64,000 nucleotides of DNA from Candidatus Bipolaricaulota bacterium (GTDB lineage: Bacteria > Bipolaricaulota > Bipolaricaulia > UBA7950 > UBA9294), in the NCBI GenBank assembly GCA_028278555.1, contig JANQEA010000035.1:152089-216088 (forward strand), written 5' to 3'. This document shows positions 1-8,442 of this stretch, piece by piece. Positions within the stretch are counted from its first letter, which is position 1, and each line of letters starts with the position of its first letter. The translations under genes were made by a program, and so were the position numbers. The notes below the pieces were generated by a model that worked only from the letters and a program-made list of their open reading frames with translations, ran no database searches and had not been told where the DNA came from.

Positions 1-1
1 C

Positions 2-109
2 GAATTCCTCGCCTTCCGGGCCGGCGAGGAAGACGAATCCCTCCTCGTCTATCGCTCCGACTTCTTCCCCGACGGGATCGAGATCGCCAGCGTCACCTCC
101 CTCCGCTAG
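2..109 (+). CDS. 3' end of an unidentified upstream gene (partial; product unknown)
   Basis: Open frame 2 (…EFLAFRAGEEDESLLVYRSDFFPDGIEIASVTSLR*) runs in from the window edge and stops at TAG 107-109. Its codon usage is typical of the host, but it is not in the ORF track because it has no start. Confidence 0.3.
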   Translation, partial: EFLAFRAGEEDESLLVYRSDFFPDGIEIASVTSLR

Positions 110-191
110 CCTGCGTGCTGCTACGCAGCACTCTCCTTGTCGCACAGATCGACACTCGGTAGCCTTCCCCTAGCAGTTCGAAAGGGATGGG

Positions 192-1100
192 ATGCTCATC
201 ATGCGAAGCGGATTCCGTCGAGCGATCGTTCTTGCGTTCACGCTCGCCTGTGCCCTTCCGATCGCGGGGTCGGAGACCGAGTTGGCCCCTCTTCGCATCG
301 GCATCTTCGCCGACCTCCACGCGCACGACACAAACTCGCCGCTCGACGACTTCGTCCTGGCGAACTGGGCCGAGCGGCTGCAGGCCTGCGTCGACGCGAT
401 GAACGCCTGGCCGGCCGATCTGATGATCCAGATGGGTGATTTCGTCAACGGCCGGTTCGTCCTCGGGGCGGAGTTCGGCGATCCGGAACGGATCCCCGCG
501 ATCCTCGAGGCGGCCGAGGCGGTCTACGCCGGGTTCGACGGCCCGCGGCATCACGTCCTCGGCAACCACGACGTCGAGGACCTGACCAAGGCCGAGTTCC
601 TCGAGCGGGTCAACGTCGACGCGACGTCCTACTCGTTCGACGCCGGCGCCTACCACTTCGTCGTTCTCGACGCGCAGTACCGCCCGGACGGGACCGATCG
701 GGAGAACGAGTTCTGGTTCATGCAGGGCTACGTCCCGCCACCCCTCCTCGAATGGCTCCGCGACGACCTCGCTGCGACCGACCGGCCGACAATCGTCTGC
801 GTGCATCAGCGGCTCGATCTCGACTTCGAGATCCGCCACGGTGGACCGGAGATCGCCAACCATACCGAGGTCCGCGACGTCCTCGTCGAGGCGGGGAACG
901 TCATCTGCGTCTTCCACGGACACGACCACTGGGGCGGCTACTCGGAGATCGACGGGATCCACTACGTCACGTTCAACGCGCTCCTCGACATGTCGTGGGG
1001 AAAGCCACACACGTGGGCTTTCGTCACCCTCGATCCGGCAGCACGGACGATCACCGTCGAAGGCGCCGGCGAGCAGCCGAACCTGATGCTCGACTACTAG
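192..1100 (+). CDS. Secreted calcineurin-like metallophosphoesterase
   Basis: 302-aa ORF with an N-terminal signal-like segment (AIVLAFTLACALPIAG) and metallophosphatase motifs (GDFVNG…GNHD…GHDHW). The alternative ATG at 201 is also possible. Confidence 0.85.
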   Translation: MLIMRSGFRRAIVLAFTLACALPIAGSETELAPLRIGIFADLHAHDTNSPLDDFVLANWAERLQACVDAMNAWPADLMIQMGDFVNGRFVLGAEFGDPERIPAILEAAEAVYAGFDGPRHHVLGNHDVEDLTKAEFLERVNVDATSYSFDAGAYHFVVLDAQYRPDGTDRENEFWFMQGYVPPPLLEWLRDDLAATDRPTIVCVHQRLDLDFEIRHGGPEIANHTEVRDVLVEAGNVICVFHGHDHWGGYSEIDGIHYVTFNALLDMSWGKPHTWAFVTLDPAARTITVEGAGEQPNLMLDY

Positions 1101-1111
1101 GAGGTCCCTTG

Positions 1112-2101
1112 ATGAAGGCGTTCGTCACAGGCGGAACCGGGTTCCTGGGAGCCAACGTCGTCCGCGATCTGCTCGAACGGAACATCGGCGTCCGCGCCCT
1201 CTGCCGGCCGACGCCGTCGCGCGGAAACCTCGAGGGCCTCGACGTCGAGATCGTCGAGGGGGATCTTCGTGATGTGCAGTCGCTCCGCCGCGGGATGGCC
1301 GGCTGCGAGCTCGTCTTCCACGTCGGCGCCCTCTACTCGTTCTGGGTCCGACCTCCCGGTCTGATCTACGAGGTCAACGTCGATGGAACGCGGAACGTCT
1401 TCGACGCCGCCCTCGAAGAGGGGATCGCGCGGGTCGTCTACACGAGCTCGGTCGCGGCACTCGGCCTCCGCGACAATGGACATCCGGCCGACGAGACGAC
1501 CGCGACGTCACTCGCCGAGGTCGTCGGCGACTACAAGAAGACGAAGTACCTCGCCGAGCAGATCGCGCTCGAGTACAGCGCGAAGCTCCCGATCGTCATC
1601 GTCAATCCGAGCTTCCCGGTCGGACCGTGGGACGCGAAGCCGACTCCGACCGGCCAGACGATCGTCGACTTCCTCAACCGGAAGATGCCCGCCTACCTCG
1701 ATACCGGGATGAACGTCGTCGACGCCCAGGACGTCGCTCTCGGCCACTGGCTGGCCCTCGAGAAGGGGACGGTCGGCGAACGGTACATCCTCGGTGGCGA
1801 AAACGTGACGATGAAGGGGCTGTTGGATCTGCTCGCCGAGATCACCGGGTTGCCATCACCTAGAATCAGGCTCCCGTACACGCCGATCCTCGCGATGTCC
1901 TACCTAAACGCCGGGTTCTGCAAGCTCTTTCCTCGGATCACCCCGCGGATGACGCCGGAGACGATCCGGATGTCGAGCCACTACATGTACTTCGATCCGA
2001 CCAAGGCCGTCCGAGAGCTCGGTTTCCCGCAGACCCCTGCCAAGGACGCCCTCGCCAAGGCCGTCGACTGGTATGGGGAGAATGGGTACGTGAAGAACTG
2101 A
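1112..2101 (+). CDS. NAD-dependent epimerase/dehydratase (SDR-extended family, HpnA/dihydroflavonol-reductase-like)
   Basis: MKAFVTGGTGFLG Rossmann N-terminus with a YxxxK region, 329 aa. The true start is at 1112 (RBS GGAGG at 1100-1104). The track ORF 752..2101 is an in-frame upstream extension overlapping the previous gene. Confidence 0.9.
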   Translation: MKAFVTGGTGFLGANVVRDLLERNIGVRALCRPTPSRGNLEGLDVEIVEGDLRDVQSLRRGMAGCELVFHVGALYSFWVRPPGLIYEVNVDGTRNVFDAALEEGIARVVYTSSVAALGLRDNGHPADETTATSLAEVVGDYKKTKYLAEQIALEYSAKLPIVIVNPSFPVGPWDAKPTPTGQTIVDFLNRKMPAYLDTGMNVVDAQDVALGHWLALEKGTVGERYILGGENVTMKGLLDLLAEITGLPSPRIRLPYTPILAMSYLNAGFCKLFPRITPRMTPETIRMSSHYMYFDPTKAVRELGFPQTPAKDALAKAVDWYGENGYVKN

Positions 2102-2250
2102 GAGGCGGAAGTATTCGACGCGTGGCAGCTGTGAAACATCGACTTTCCACTCTCAGCGCTACGCTCACTCGACTCGCAGCGCCTGGAACACCGTCAGATC
2201 AACACTGTCTCTTCGAGCAGCGGCTTCTTGACTCTGATCGAAAGGATCAA

Positions 2251-3579
2251 CTACGGCAGCTTCTTGAGAATGGCCTTGATCTTCGAATCCAGCTTGTTCT
2301 TGAGAGTAGTGATGTTCGGGTAGAACACCACCGCGAAGTCCTTGATGTCGAAATGGAGCATCGTTCCTTCTCTTGCAGTAAAGATGACTCTCTTGTTGAC
2401 GCCGTGAGTGTATCCGATTTCGTAATAGACATTGGGTCTTTCGTGCGTGAGATCCGCAATGACGAATTGCGCTGAATCTATCGATTCCATGATCTTGTCA
2501 GTTATCTTCTCCGTATCCTCAACATCATCGACCCTGTAGGCCTTCAGATCGTTCTCTTCACATACCTCCTTGATCGCAGCGTGAACATCGTCCAGGCCTG
2601 GATCTTCCTTTGTCATGGCCATGATGATGAACACCTCTCTCGATAGCTGCGGTATCCCCGCACCGGTTTCTGCAGATGCCACAACTCCACCTCCCAATTC
2701 CCGATACAGATTAGCCAGCTTCTCCTGCTCAGCTGCAAGTTGGTGAGGTGTCTTCTTGCTTGAGTGCAAATCCTCGACCAGACTTGCAAGCCGAGCATAG
2801 CTCTGAAGCCATGCCTCTGCGATGAACCCAATCCAACGATTGTGATCCTCCACTTCGTCTACAGCGAGCAGTTCCTCGTAGTACTCAGCTCTGTTTCCCA
2901 GAAAGAAGCGATCGGTACCAATGAGCGTATGGTCGAGTCTGTATCCACCAATGAGCATAGCATAATTCGCTAGTAGACGCGCAACACGCCCGTTTCCATC
3001 TAGAAACGGGTGGATTCGGGCAATCCCGTAGTGCACAACAGCTGAGACTACCACCGGGTTAGCATCGGGATTGGATTTCACCCAGTGCAGCATAGCCTGG
3101 AGAGCAAGCGAAACTGTCTCTGGCTTCGGCGGAGTGTAGAGGATCTTGCGGTCCGGCATTCTGATAACGTAATTCTGTACTTCACGCAGCTTTCCTCCGC
3201 CGCTTCCGGGAGTGAGGCGTCGGTGGGCCTCCTGGATGAGCGGAAGACTGATGGGCGCGTCTTCTGCCGCACAATCCATTAGGTATTCGATCGCCTCTGC
3301 GTAAGCTTGAATCTCGTGTCCAGATACACCAGCATCGGGCGTGCGGATACCCCGGGGGATGCCCAGAGGGGTGTCTATCCCTGTAGCCGATAGGAACTCA
3401 CCAGATTGAAGAATGCTGATAATCTCGTCCCGGTTCTTGGAAATCGACAGTACTGTTTGAACGTAGGTGTAGTGACGCGTGATTCCCTGTAGCTTTGAGA
3501 CTAGATCAGGAGTGTAGCTGAACTCGATGCTGAAACTGTCAGTCATCTTGGACTCTGCGTTTCTCTCAACGACAGACAT
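2251..3579 (-). CDS. Fic/Doc-family protein fused to a C-terminal DNPH1 / nucleoside 2-deoxyribosyltransferase-like domain
   Basis: 442 aa. Canonical Fic motif HPFLDGNGRVARLL at aa 190-203. The C-terminal ~110 aa (…QFVIADLTHERPNVYYEIGYTHGVNKRVIF…) aligns with the catalytic core of Rcl/DNPH1 and NDT enzymes (ADVVVAEVTQPSLGVGYELGRAVAFNKRIL). The gene is visibly AT-richer than its neighbours. Confidence 0.85.
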   Translation of the reverse strand: MSVVERNAESKMTDSFSIEFSYTPDLVSKLQGITRHYTYVQTVLSISKNRDEIISILQSGEFLSATGIDTPLGIPRGIRTPDAGVSGHEIQAYAEAIEYLMDCAAEDAPISLPLIQEAHRRLTPGSGGGKLREVQNYVIRMPDRKILYTPPKPETVSLALQAMLHWVKSNPDANPVVVSAVVHYGIARIHPFLDGNGRVARLLANYAMLIGGYRLDHTLIGTDRFFLGNRAEYYEELLAVDEVEDHNRWIGFIAEAWLQSYARLASLVEDLHSSKKTPHQLAAEQEKLANLYRELGGGVVASAETGAGIPQLSREVFIIMAMTKEDPGLDDVHAAIKEVCEENDLKAYRVDDVEDTEKITDKIMESIDSAQFVIADLTHERPNVYYEIGYTHGVNKRVIFTAREGTMLHFDIKDFAVVFYPNITTLKNKLDSKIKAILKKLP

Positions 3580-3865
3580 GGTGAGACATCAGACACGCCA
3601 TTCGAGCCTCCCTTCGCTGAACCCAGACTGCCGCCACATGTTCTGACTCTCTCCCATACCAGATTACCACTGGAACTCGCGCAGTGTAGGTTACCATTGT
3701 GGAGTACGTCGATCAATGCTCCGCCAGCGAGCCAACTTCCCCCCACCTCTTCAGCCTTGCTTGAGAATCGCAATCCCATCTCCCACAGGCCGCAGCGGCC
3801 TCTGAACGGCGCGGCGTATCTCGTACTACTCGTTGATGCCGTGCAGACAGAATGCCGCCTCCAGT

Positions 3866-4309
3866 TCATCTCCTACGGAGCGGGTGCTTCCGCGCCTTCA
3901 GTGTCAGCAGACCGAACGCAATGAGCCCTGCTATTAAGGACGCGATGAATGAGAACTCCAGCTCCGGCCATGGTTTTGCTTCAAGCTGAAGACCACAGAA
4001 CGGAGCAATGAATCCGACGGCGATAGCAGCTGCAATGCCCAGGCTCAAACTCGCCATCGCACGTGTCAGAAGGTCACGCGCAAGCGATCTTCCGATTTGC
4101 AGGGCGGCCAGACCAACCAGTGCGCCAACAAGCAGATCCCAGCTGTCGTAGGTGCCAGGCGCATACTCGACTGCAAGTAACGCAGCTAGAAGGGTAGCTC
4201 CCGCCGCTCCACGGCCGACGGTAGTTTCTTGAGTCGCGTTTCTCACTAGTACTCCTCCTCTCGCGATCCTCTCCCACACGCGCATCGGCATCAATGATTT
4301 CTGAGCCAA
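3866..4309 (-). CDS. Small polytopic membrane protein (about 3-4 TM helices), function unknown
   Basis: Hydrophobic helical stretches (GAAGATLLAALLAV…LVGALVGLAALQIG…LGIAAAIAVGFIAPF…IASLIAGLIAFGLLTL) ending in a basic tail. The track start at 4309 is TTG. ATG codons at 4291 or 4285 are alternative starts, and the SD is weak. Confidence 0.5.
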   Translation of the reverse strand: MAQKSLMPMRVWERIARGGVLVRNATQETTVGRGAAGATLLAALLAVEYAPGTYDSWDLLVGALVGLAALQIGRSLARDLLTRAMASLSLGIAAAIAVGFIAPFCGLQLEAKPWPELEFSFIASLIAGLIAFGLLTLKARKHPLRRR

Positions 4310-4462
4310 TCCTGCGGATGAGGACTTGCTCGATCAAGAGCGACTACCATCCCGCTCGGAGCATCCCTGCAAGATTCACTCGAACACGTTGCCAGTGACG
4401 TTCCCTGCGGCATCGGTTTCTAGCAGTCCTTTGGACGAATCCAGGAGTACGAGTTCATTCTC

Positions 4463-4773
4463 TCACGAGTCGCGAACCACGACGCAACGACCGATCCGGA
4501 TGTCGAACGGTTGGGCAACTGTCGTACCGCCCGCTTCCGTGAAGCAGACAGCGGCCTCGTCGGCGTTCGATACCTTTAGGTCGATCTCGGGCGGCTTGGG
4601 CTCCGTGTGAAGCACGATCTCCGTTTCGTCCTTCCCTAGCGCTAGCCAACCTCATCTTCGGTCCGCCAAAGGAGTTCCAGCCTAAGCTTGTCTCGGTAGA
4701 ACGACAGACCCGATTCGAGGTCGTCCACGGACAGCTGCACACAATCCACCTTCTCGATGAGCGGTTCGGTCAC
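4463..4773 (-). pseudogene. VOC/glyoxalase-family gene interrupted by a frameshift
   Basis: GTG start at 4773 preceded by GGAGGA. The N-terminal part (VTEPLIEKVDCVQLSVDDLESGLSFYRDKLRLELLWRTEDEVG*) ends at TAG (~4642-4644). The C-terminal part (…LGKDETEIVLHTEPKPPEIDLKVSNADEAAVCFTEAGGTTVAQPFDIRIGRCVVVRDS*) continues in the adjacent frame, and the two halves together make a typical VOC fold. Confidence 0.5.
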
Positions 4774-4790
4774 GGTTTCCTCCGGAGTCT

Positions 4791-6170
4791 CTACCTCTTC
4801 AGCGCAGCCTTGACCAGCTGCCGACCTAGATCCCAGAGTCCGCCGCGGAGCTTGTGCGCTTTGTCGAGGGTCGCGTCAATGGCTGAGAGCGCGAAGTCCA
4901 CATCCTCGTCCGAGAGGATCAGCGGCGGGAGGAACTTGATGATGTTCACCCGGTGGCCCGACACCTGGGTGAGGAGCCGGTGGTCGCGCATCAGACCCAT
5001 GACAACGAGCTGGGCGAAGAGCCCGGCCTGCATCGTTTCGAGCGCCTTCCACGCCGCCTTCAGCTTGAGCGACTTCGGTGGCCCGAACTCCATCCCGATC
5101 ATCAGTCCCTTCCCGCGGACGTCGTGGAGCATCTCGTACCGCGACTGCATGTCACGGAGGCCGGCGAGGAGCCGCTCCCCCTGCCGAGCGGCATTCTCGA
5201 TCAGGTTCTCCGACTCCAGCACTTCGAGCGTCGCTAGGCCTGCCCCCATCGCCAGCTCGTTCATCCCGAACGTGTTCGAGTGGACGACGCACCGCTCGAG
5301 TCCGGAGAACGTCTTCTTGTGCAGGTCGCGGCGGATCAGGATCGCGCCGACCGGGATGAACCCGCCGGAGAGGGCCTTCGAGATCGGAACGATGTCCGGT
5401 TCGAGGCCCCAATGCTCGCCGCCGAAGAAGCGGCCGGTCCGGCCGAGTCCGGCCTGGATCTCGTCGACGATGAAGACCGTCCCGTGCTTCCGGCAGAGCC
5501 GCTGCGCCTCGGGGAGGTACTCGTCGTCCGGCATGTAGACGCCCTTTCCCTGGATCGGCTCGGCGATGAACGCGGCCACATCCGCGCGCTCAAGCTCGCG
5601 CTTGAGCGCGTTCAGGTCGTTCAACGGGACGCCCGTGGAGGGAAGGAGCTGTCCGAACCCCTCGCGGAAGTGCGGGCTCCCGTTCACCGAGAGGGCCCCG
5701 AGGGTGAGTCCATGGAACGCGTGATCGATGTAGACGAACCGGTCACGCTTCGTCGCGGCACGGGAGAACTTCAGCGATCCCTCGACCGCTTCGGCCCCGG
5801 AGTTGGTGAAGAAGACAGCGTCGAGCCCAGGGTAGCTACGCTGGGCCCGTTCGGTCAGTCGCTCGGCGAGGAGGCCGGCGAGGAGCGGACAGTCCATCTG
5901 GATCAGGTTTGGCCGATCGAGGTCGAGCAGTTGGTGAAGGGTCTCCTTCAGGACCGGATGGCTCCGGCCGACCTGGTAGACGCCGTAGCCGGAGAGGAAG
6001 TCGAGGTACCGATTCCCACCGTCGTCGTAGAGGTACGCCCCCTCGCCGCGTGTGTAGGCTACGTCGTAGTCGATGATCTGCAGGACCCTCGCCAACGCCG
6101 GATTGACGTGGCGCTTGTGCAATTCGATTTGTTCCCCGAGCCGTTCTTCGATCAGCTTCGCGATCTCCAT
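4791..6170 (-). CDS. Class III PLP-dependent aminotransferase (acetylornithine/GABA/omega-amino acid aminotransferase family)
   Basis: 459 aa with the typical AT-III architecture (…FTNSGAEAVEGSLKF…DEIQAGLGRTGRFF…SKALSGG…). Confidence 0.9.
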   Translation of the reverse strand: MEIAKLIEERLGEQIELHKRHVNPALARVLQIIDYDVAYTRGEGAYLYDDGGNRYLDFLSGYGVYQVGRSHPVLKETLHQLLDLDRPNLIQMDCPLLAGLLAERLTERAQRSYPGLDAVFFTNSGAEAVEGSLKFSRAATKRDRFVYIDHAFHGLTLGALSVNGSPHFREGFGQLLPSTGVPLNDLNALKRELERADVAAFIAEPIQGKGVYMPDDEYLPEAQRLCRKHGTVFIVDEIQAGLGRTGRFFGGEHWGLEPDIVPISKALSGGFIPVGAILIRRDLHKKTFSGLERCVVHSNTFGMNELAMGAGLATLEVLESENLIENAARQGERLLAGLRDMQSRYEMLHDVRGKGLMIGMEFGPPKSLKLKAAWKALETMQAGLFAQLVVMGLMRDHRLLTQVSGHRVNIIKFLPPLILSDEDVDFALSAIDATLDKAHKLRGGLWDLGRQLVKAALKR

Positions 6171-6239
6171 CCCCCACCTCCGGATCGATCATACCACTGC
6201 CGGCTCGCCCGGGTGCCGCTCGCTGGGTATCCTGACCGC

Positions 6240-7112
6240 GTGTCCGGTTCGAGGGGGTTCGCCATCCGATCGGTCTTCGCTGCAGCGCTCGTGCTGTTGG
6301 CTGTCTCGCTCTTGATCTTCGCCGACGAGCCAGACGCTGAGGCGCTCCTCGCCAAGGCCGACGCGGCCTACGATCGGTGGAGCGAACCGTTCGACTTCGC
6401 CGTCTACGAGATCGCCCTCCGCGAGGCGATCGACCTGTGGGAAGAGGCTCTTCCGCTACTGCCCGACGAGGAGCCGGCAACGCGGATCCGCGTTCTCAAT
6501 CGCCTAGCGCAGGCGTTGTTCGAACTCGCGACGGCGTACCAACCCGAGCCGCGCGATCGAGAGGCGACCTTCGAGCGTGCCCGGGACTTCGGCCTGCAAG
6601 CGCTCGAGCTCGATCCTGCATTCGTCGCGACGCGCGAGGCGGACGGCTTCCGCGCTGCCCTTCGCGCGGCGACCGACGTGAAGACGATCTTCTGGTACGG
6701 GAACACGCTCGGTTCGTGGCTCGACTTCCACCGAATGAAGGCGATCTTCGGCGGCGTTCGTGACGTCGGTGCAGCGTTCGAGCGGTCGATTGAGATCGAC
6801 GAGACCTACGATGGCGGCGGGCCGCACCGAGCGATGGGCATCTTCATCGCCCAGGCCCACTTCCTCGTCGGGAAGAGCCGCGCCGATTCGGTCGTCCACT
6901 TCGAACGGTCGATCGAAATCGATCCGACCTACCTCGAGAACTACGTGAACTACGCCGAGTACTACGCACGAGGGACCGACGACGAGCTGTTCGATCGGCT
7001 GATCGAGACCGTGCTCGCAGCGGCCGAGGATCCGGCGATCGTCGGCGCCCATCCGCTCTACAACCACCTCGCGATCGAACGGGCGCGCGGACTCGCCGCC
7101 AACCGGAAGTAG
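6240..7112 (+). CDS. Secreted TPR-like repeat protein
   Basis: The in-frame GTG at 6240 gives a signal-peptide-like N-terminus (SGSRGFAIRSVFAAALVLLAVSLLIFA) followed by helical repeat-like segments. The upstream portion of track ORF 5280..7112 is antisense to the aminotransferase and was not used. Confidence 0.6.
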   Translation: MSGSRGFAIRSVFAAALVLLAVSLLIFADEPDAEALLAKADAAYDRWSEPFDFAVYEIALREAIDLWEEALPLLPDEEPATRIRVLNRLAQALFELATAYQPEPRDREATFERARDFGLQALELDPAFVATREADGFRAALRAATDVKTIFWYGNTLGSWLDFHRMKAIFGGVRDVGAAFERSIEIDETYDGGGPHRAMGIFIAQAHFLVGKSRADSVVHFERSIEIDPTYLENYVNYAEYYARGTDDELFDRLIETVLAAAEDPAIVGAHPLYNHLAIERARGLAANRK

Positions 7113-7138
7113 GGCGACCTCGAGCGGAGTCCGCCCGC

Positions 7139-7831
7139 CTATTCAACGCGCCCGAGACGGGTGACGGCTTCGTAGGCGACCATGTAGCTCGCCGCGTGCA
7201 GCGGGCCGAGGAAGAGCGTCCCACTGAGCAGGATGAACAGCTCGATCGCCCAGGGCGGGATGACCGGGGCTTCCGCAATCGCGGAGAGCCCGAAGACGAT
7301 CCCCAGGACGATCGTCGGGAGGATCAGCAACAGGCTGATCCCGAAGAGTGTCCCGCGGTAGCCGGAGGTCAACTCCTTGCTCCGACGCATCGCCTCCCGT
7401 GCCCGGACAGGTGGGCCATGGGGGTTCTGCACCTCCCGATCGAGGACGACGATCGGCGCCCATGAGAACATGAGCGCGAAGACAATCGCCGGGATGACGA
7501 GCAGAACGAACCCGCCAGCGATCGCCAGGATCGTCAGAGTCTGGACGCCGGCGATCGGCGCCCAGTGCCTGAACCCCCGGAAGAGATCACGGAAGGTCGC
7601 GGGCTCGTTGCGCACGGTCTGCAGCGCGAGGAAGTACTGTCCGGCGTAGAGCGGCGCAAGCAGGACGACGTACAGCACCAGATCGAGCCAGACCCACAGA
7701 CCCGAGTCGGGGAGCACGAGGTCGATCGCCTGCTGCACTGCGAGAATGACCAGCCACGCGCCGAGGAGAAGCGGCAGCCGTCGGACGATCACGTCGACAC
7801 CCTCCCGAAGGCAAGACCACACGGAAATCAT
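7139..7831 (-). CDS. Polytopic membrane protein of unknown function
   Basis: Start moved to the ATG at 7831 (MISVWSCLREG…), which has an AGGGGGG SD 5 nt upstream. The product has about 6 hydrophobic helices. Confidence 0.65.
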   Translation of the reverse strand: MISVWSCLREGVDVIVRRLPLLLGAWLVILAVQQAIDLVLPDSGLWVWLDLVLYVVLLAPLYAGQYFLALQTVRNEPATFRDLFRGFRHWAPIAGVQTLTILAIAGGFVLLVIPAIVFALMFSWAPIVVLDREVQNPHGPPVRAREAMRRSKELTSGYRGTLFGISLLLILPTIVLGIVFGLSAIAEAPVIPPWAIELFILLSGTLFLGPLHAASYMVAYEAVTRLGRVE

Positions 7832-7902
7832 TGAATCCCCCCTAACGTCAGGAAGTACAACGAGAATAGCGGGGCCACCTGAGGCCGACAAGCGCGCGGC
7901 GG

Positions 7903-8442
7903 CTAGACGAGCCGGAGGCCCATCTCGGGCAGCTCGTCCCTCGTCTTGAAGCCGAGGTTTTCGTACAGGTTCCGTCCATCGCGCGATGCGTGGAGGCTGG
8001 CTGTCGGCACCCCTTCGGATCGGAGGACGGCGAAGACATGTTCCAACAGCGCGCGGGCGATCCCCCGCCGGCGCCAGTCCGGAAGGGTCACGAGGTTCAT
8101 GATATAGCCTTCCTTGCCGACGCGGTTGGACGGACCCGGCGGGATCGAGTGGACGACGAGACCAATGCTACCGACAAGCTCACCATCGCAAGTTCCGGCT
8201 TCATCGGAACTTGCCCCGGGCTTGATGCCGCTCTCGTCGGCATCAAGCGCGACGGCGATCCAGACGCGGAAGACCTCCGTCGGGAGGGTCGCTTCGAAGT
8301 AGGCACAGCAGTCGCCGCGGATCCTCTCCCGGTTCTCCTCGTCGAGGAGGTCCATCGCGTCGAACATCGCCATTCGCAGGTCGACCAGGCGTTCGATCTC
8401 ATCGACGGCCGCCTGCCGGATCGTCCACTCGGGTGACGTCAT
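7903..8442 (-). CDS. GNAT family N-acetyltransferase
   Basis: 179 aa with GNAT motif A (…MNLVTLPDWRRRGIARALLEHV…). Its start overlaps the stop of the upstream methyltransferase gene (ATGA). Confidence 0.85.
   Translation of the reverse strand: MTSPEWTIRQAAVDEIERLVDLRMAMFDAMDLLDEENRERIRGDCCAYFEATLPTEVFRVWIAVALDADESGIKPGASSDEAGTCDGELVGSIGLVVHSIPPGPSNRVGKEGYIMNLVTLPDWRRRGIARALLEHVFAVLRSEGVPTASLHASRDGRNLYENLGFKTRDELPEMGLRLV

Noticed and set aside
2-7. GAATTC at the extreme 5' end (and again at 25955 and 25989)
   Set aside because: It is most simply a cloning-site boundary (EcoRI library insert) and has no biological significance.
93-1010. 305-aa minus-strand ORF
   Set aside because: It is antisense to the well-supported metallophosphoesterase gene. 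Its R/D/V/E-rich low-complexity product is typical of antisense frames in high-GC DNA.
752-1111. N-terminal 120 aa of track ORF 752..2101
   Set aside because: This Arg/Pro-rich extension overlaps the upstream gene. The epimerase clearly starts at the ATG at 1112, directly after GGAGG.
5280-6239. Upstream 320 codons of track ORF 5280..7112
   Set aside because: This part is antisense to the aminotransferase gene. Only the segment from the GTG at 6240, downstream of that gene, has protein-like composition.
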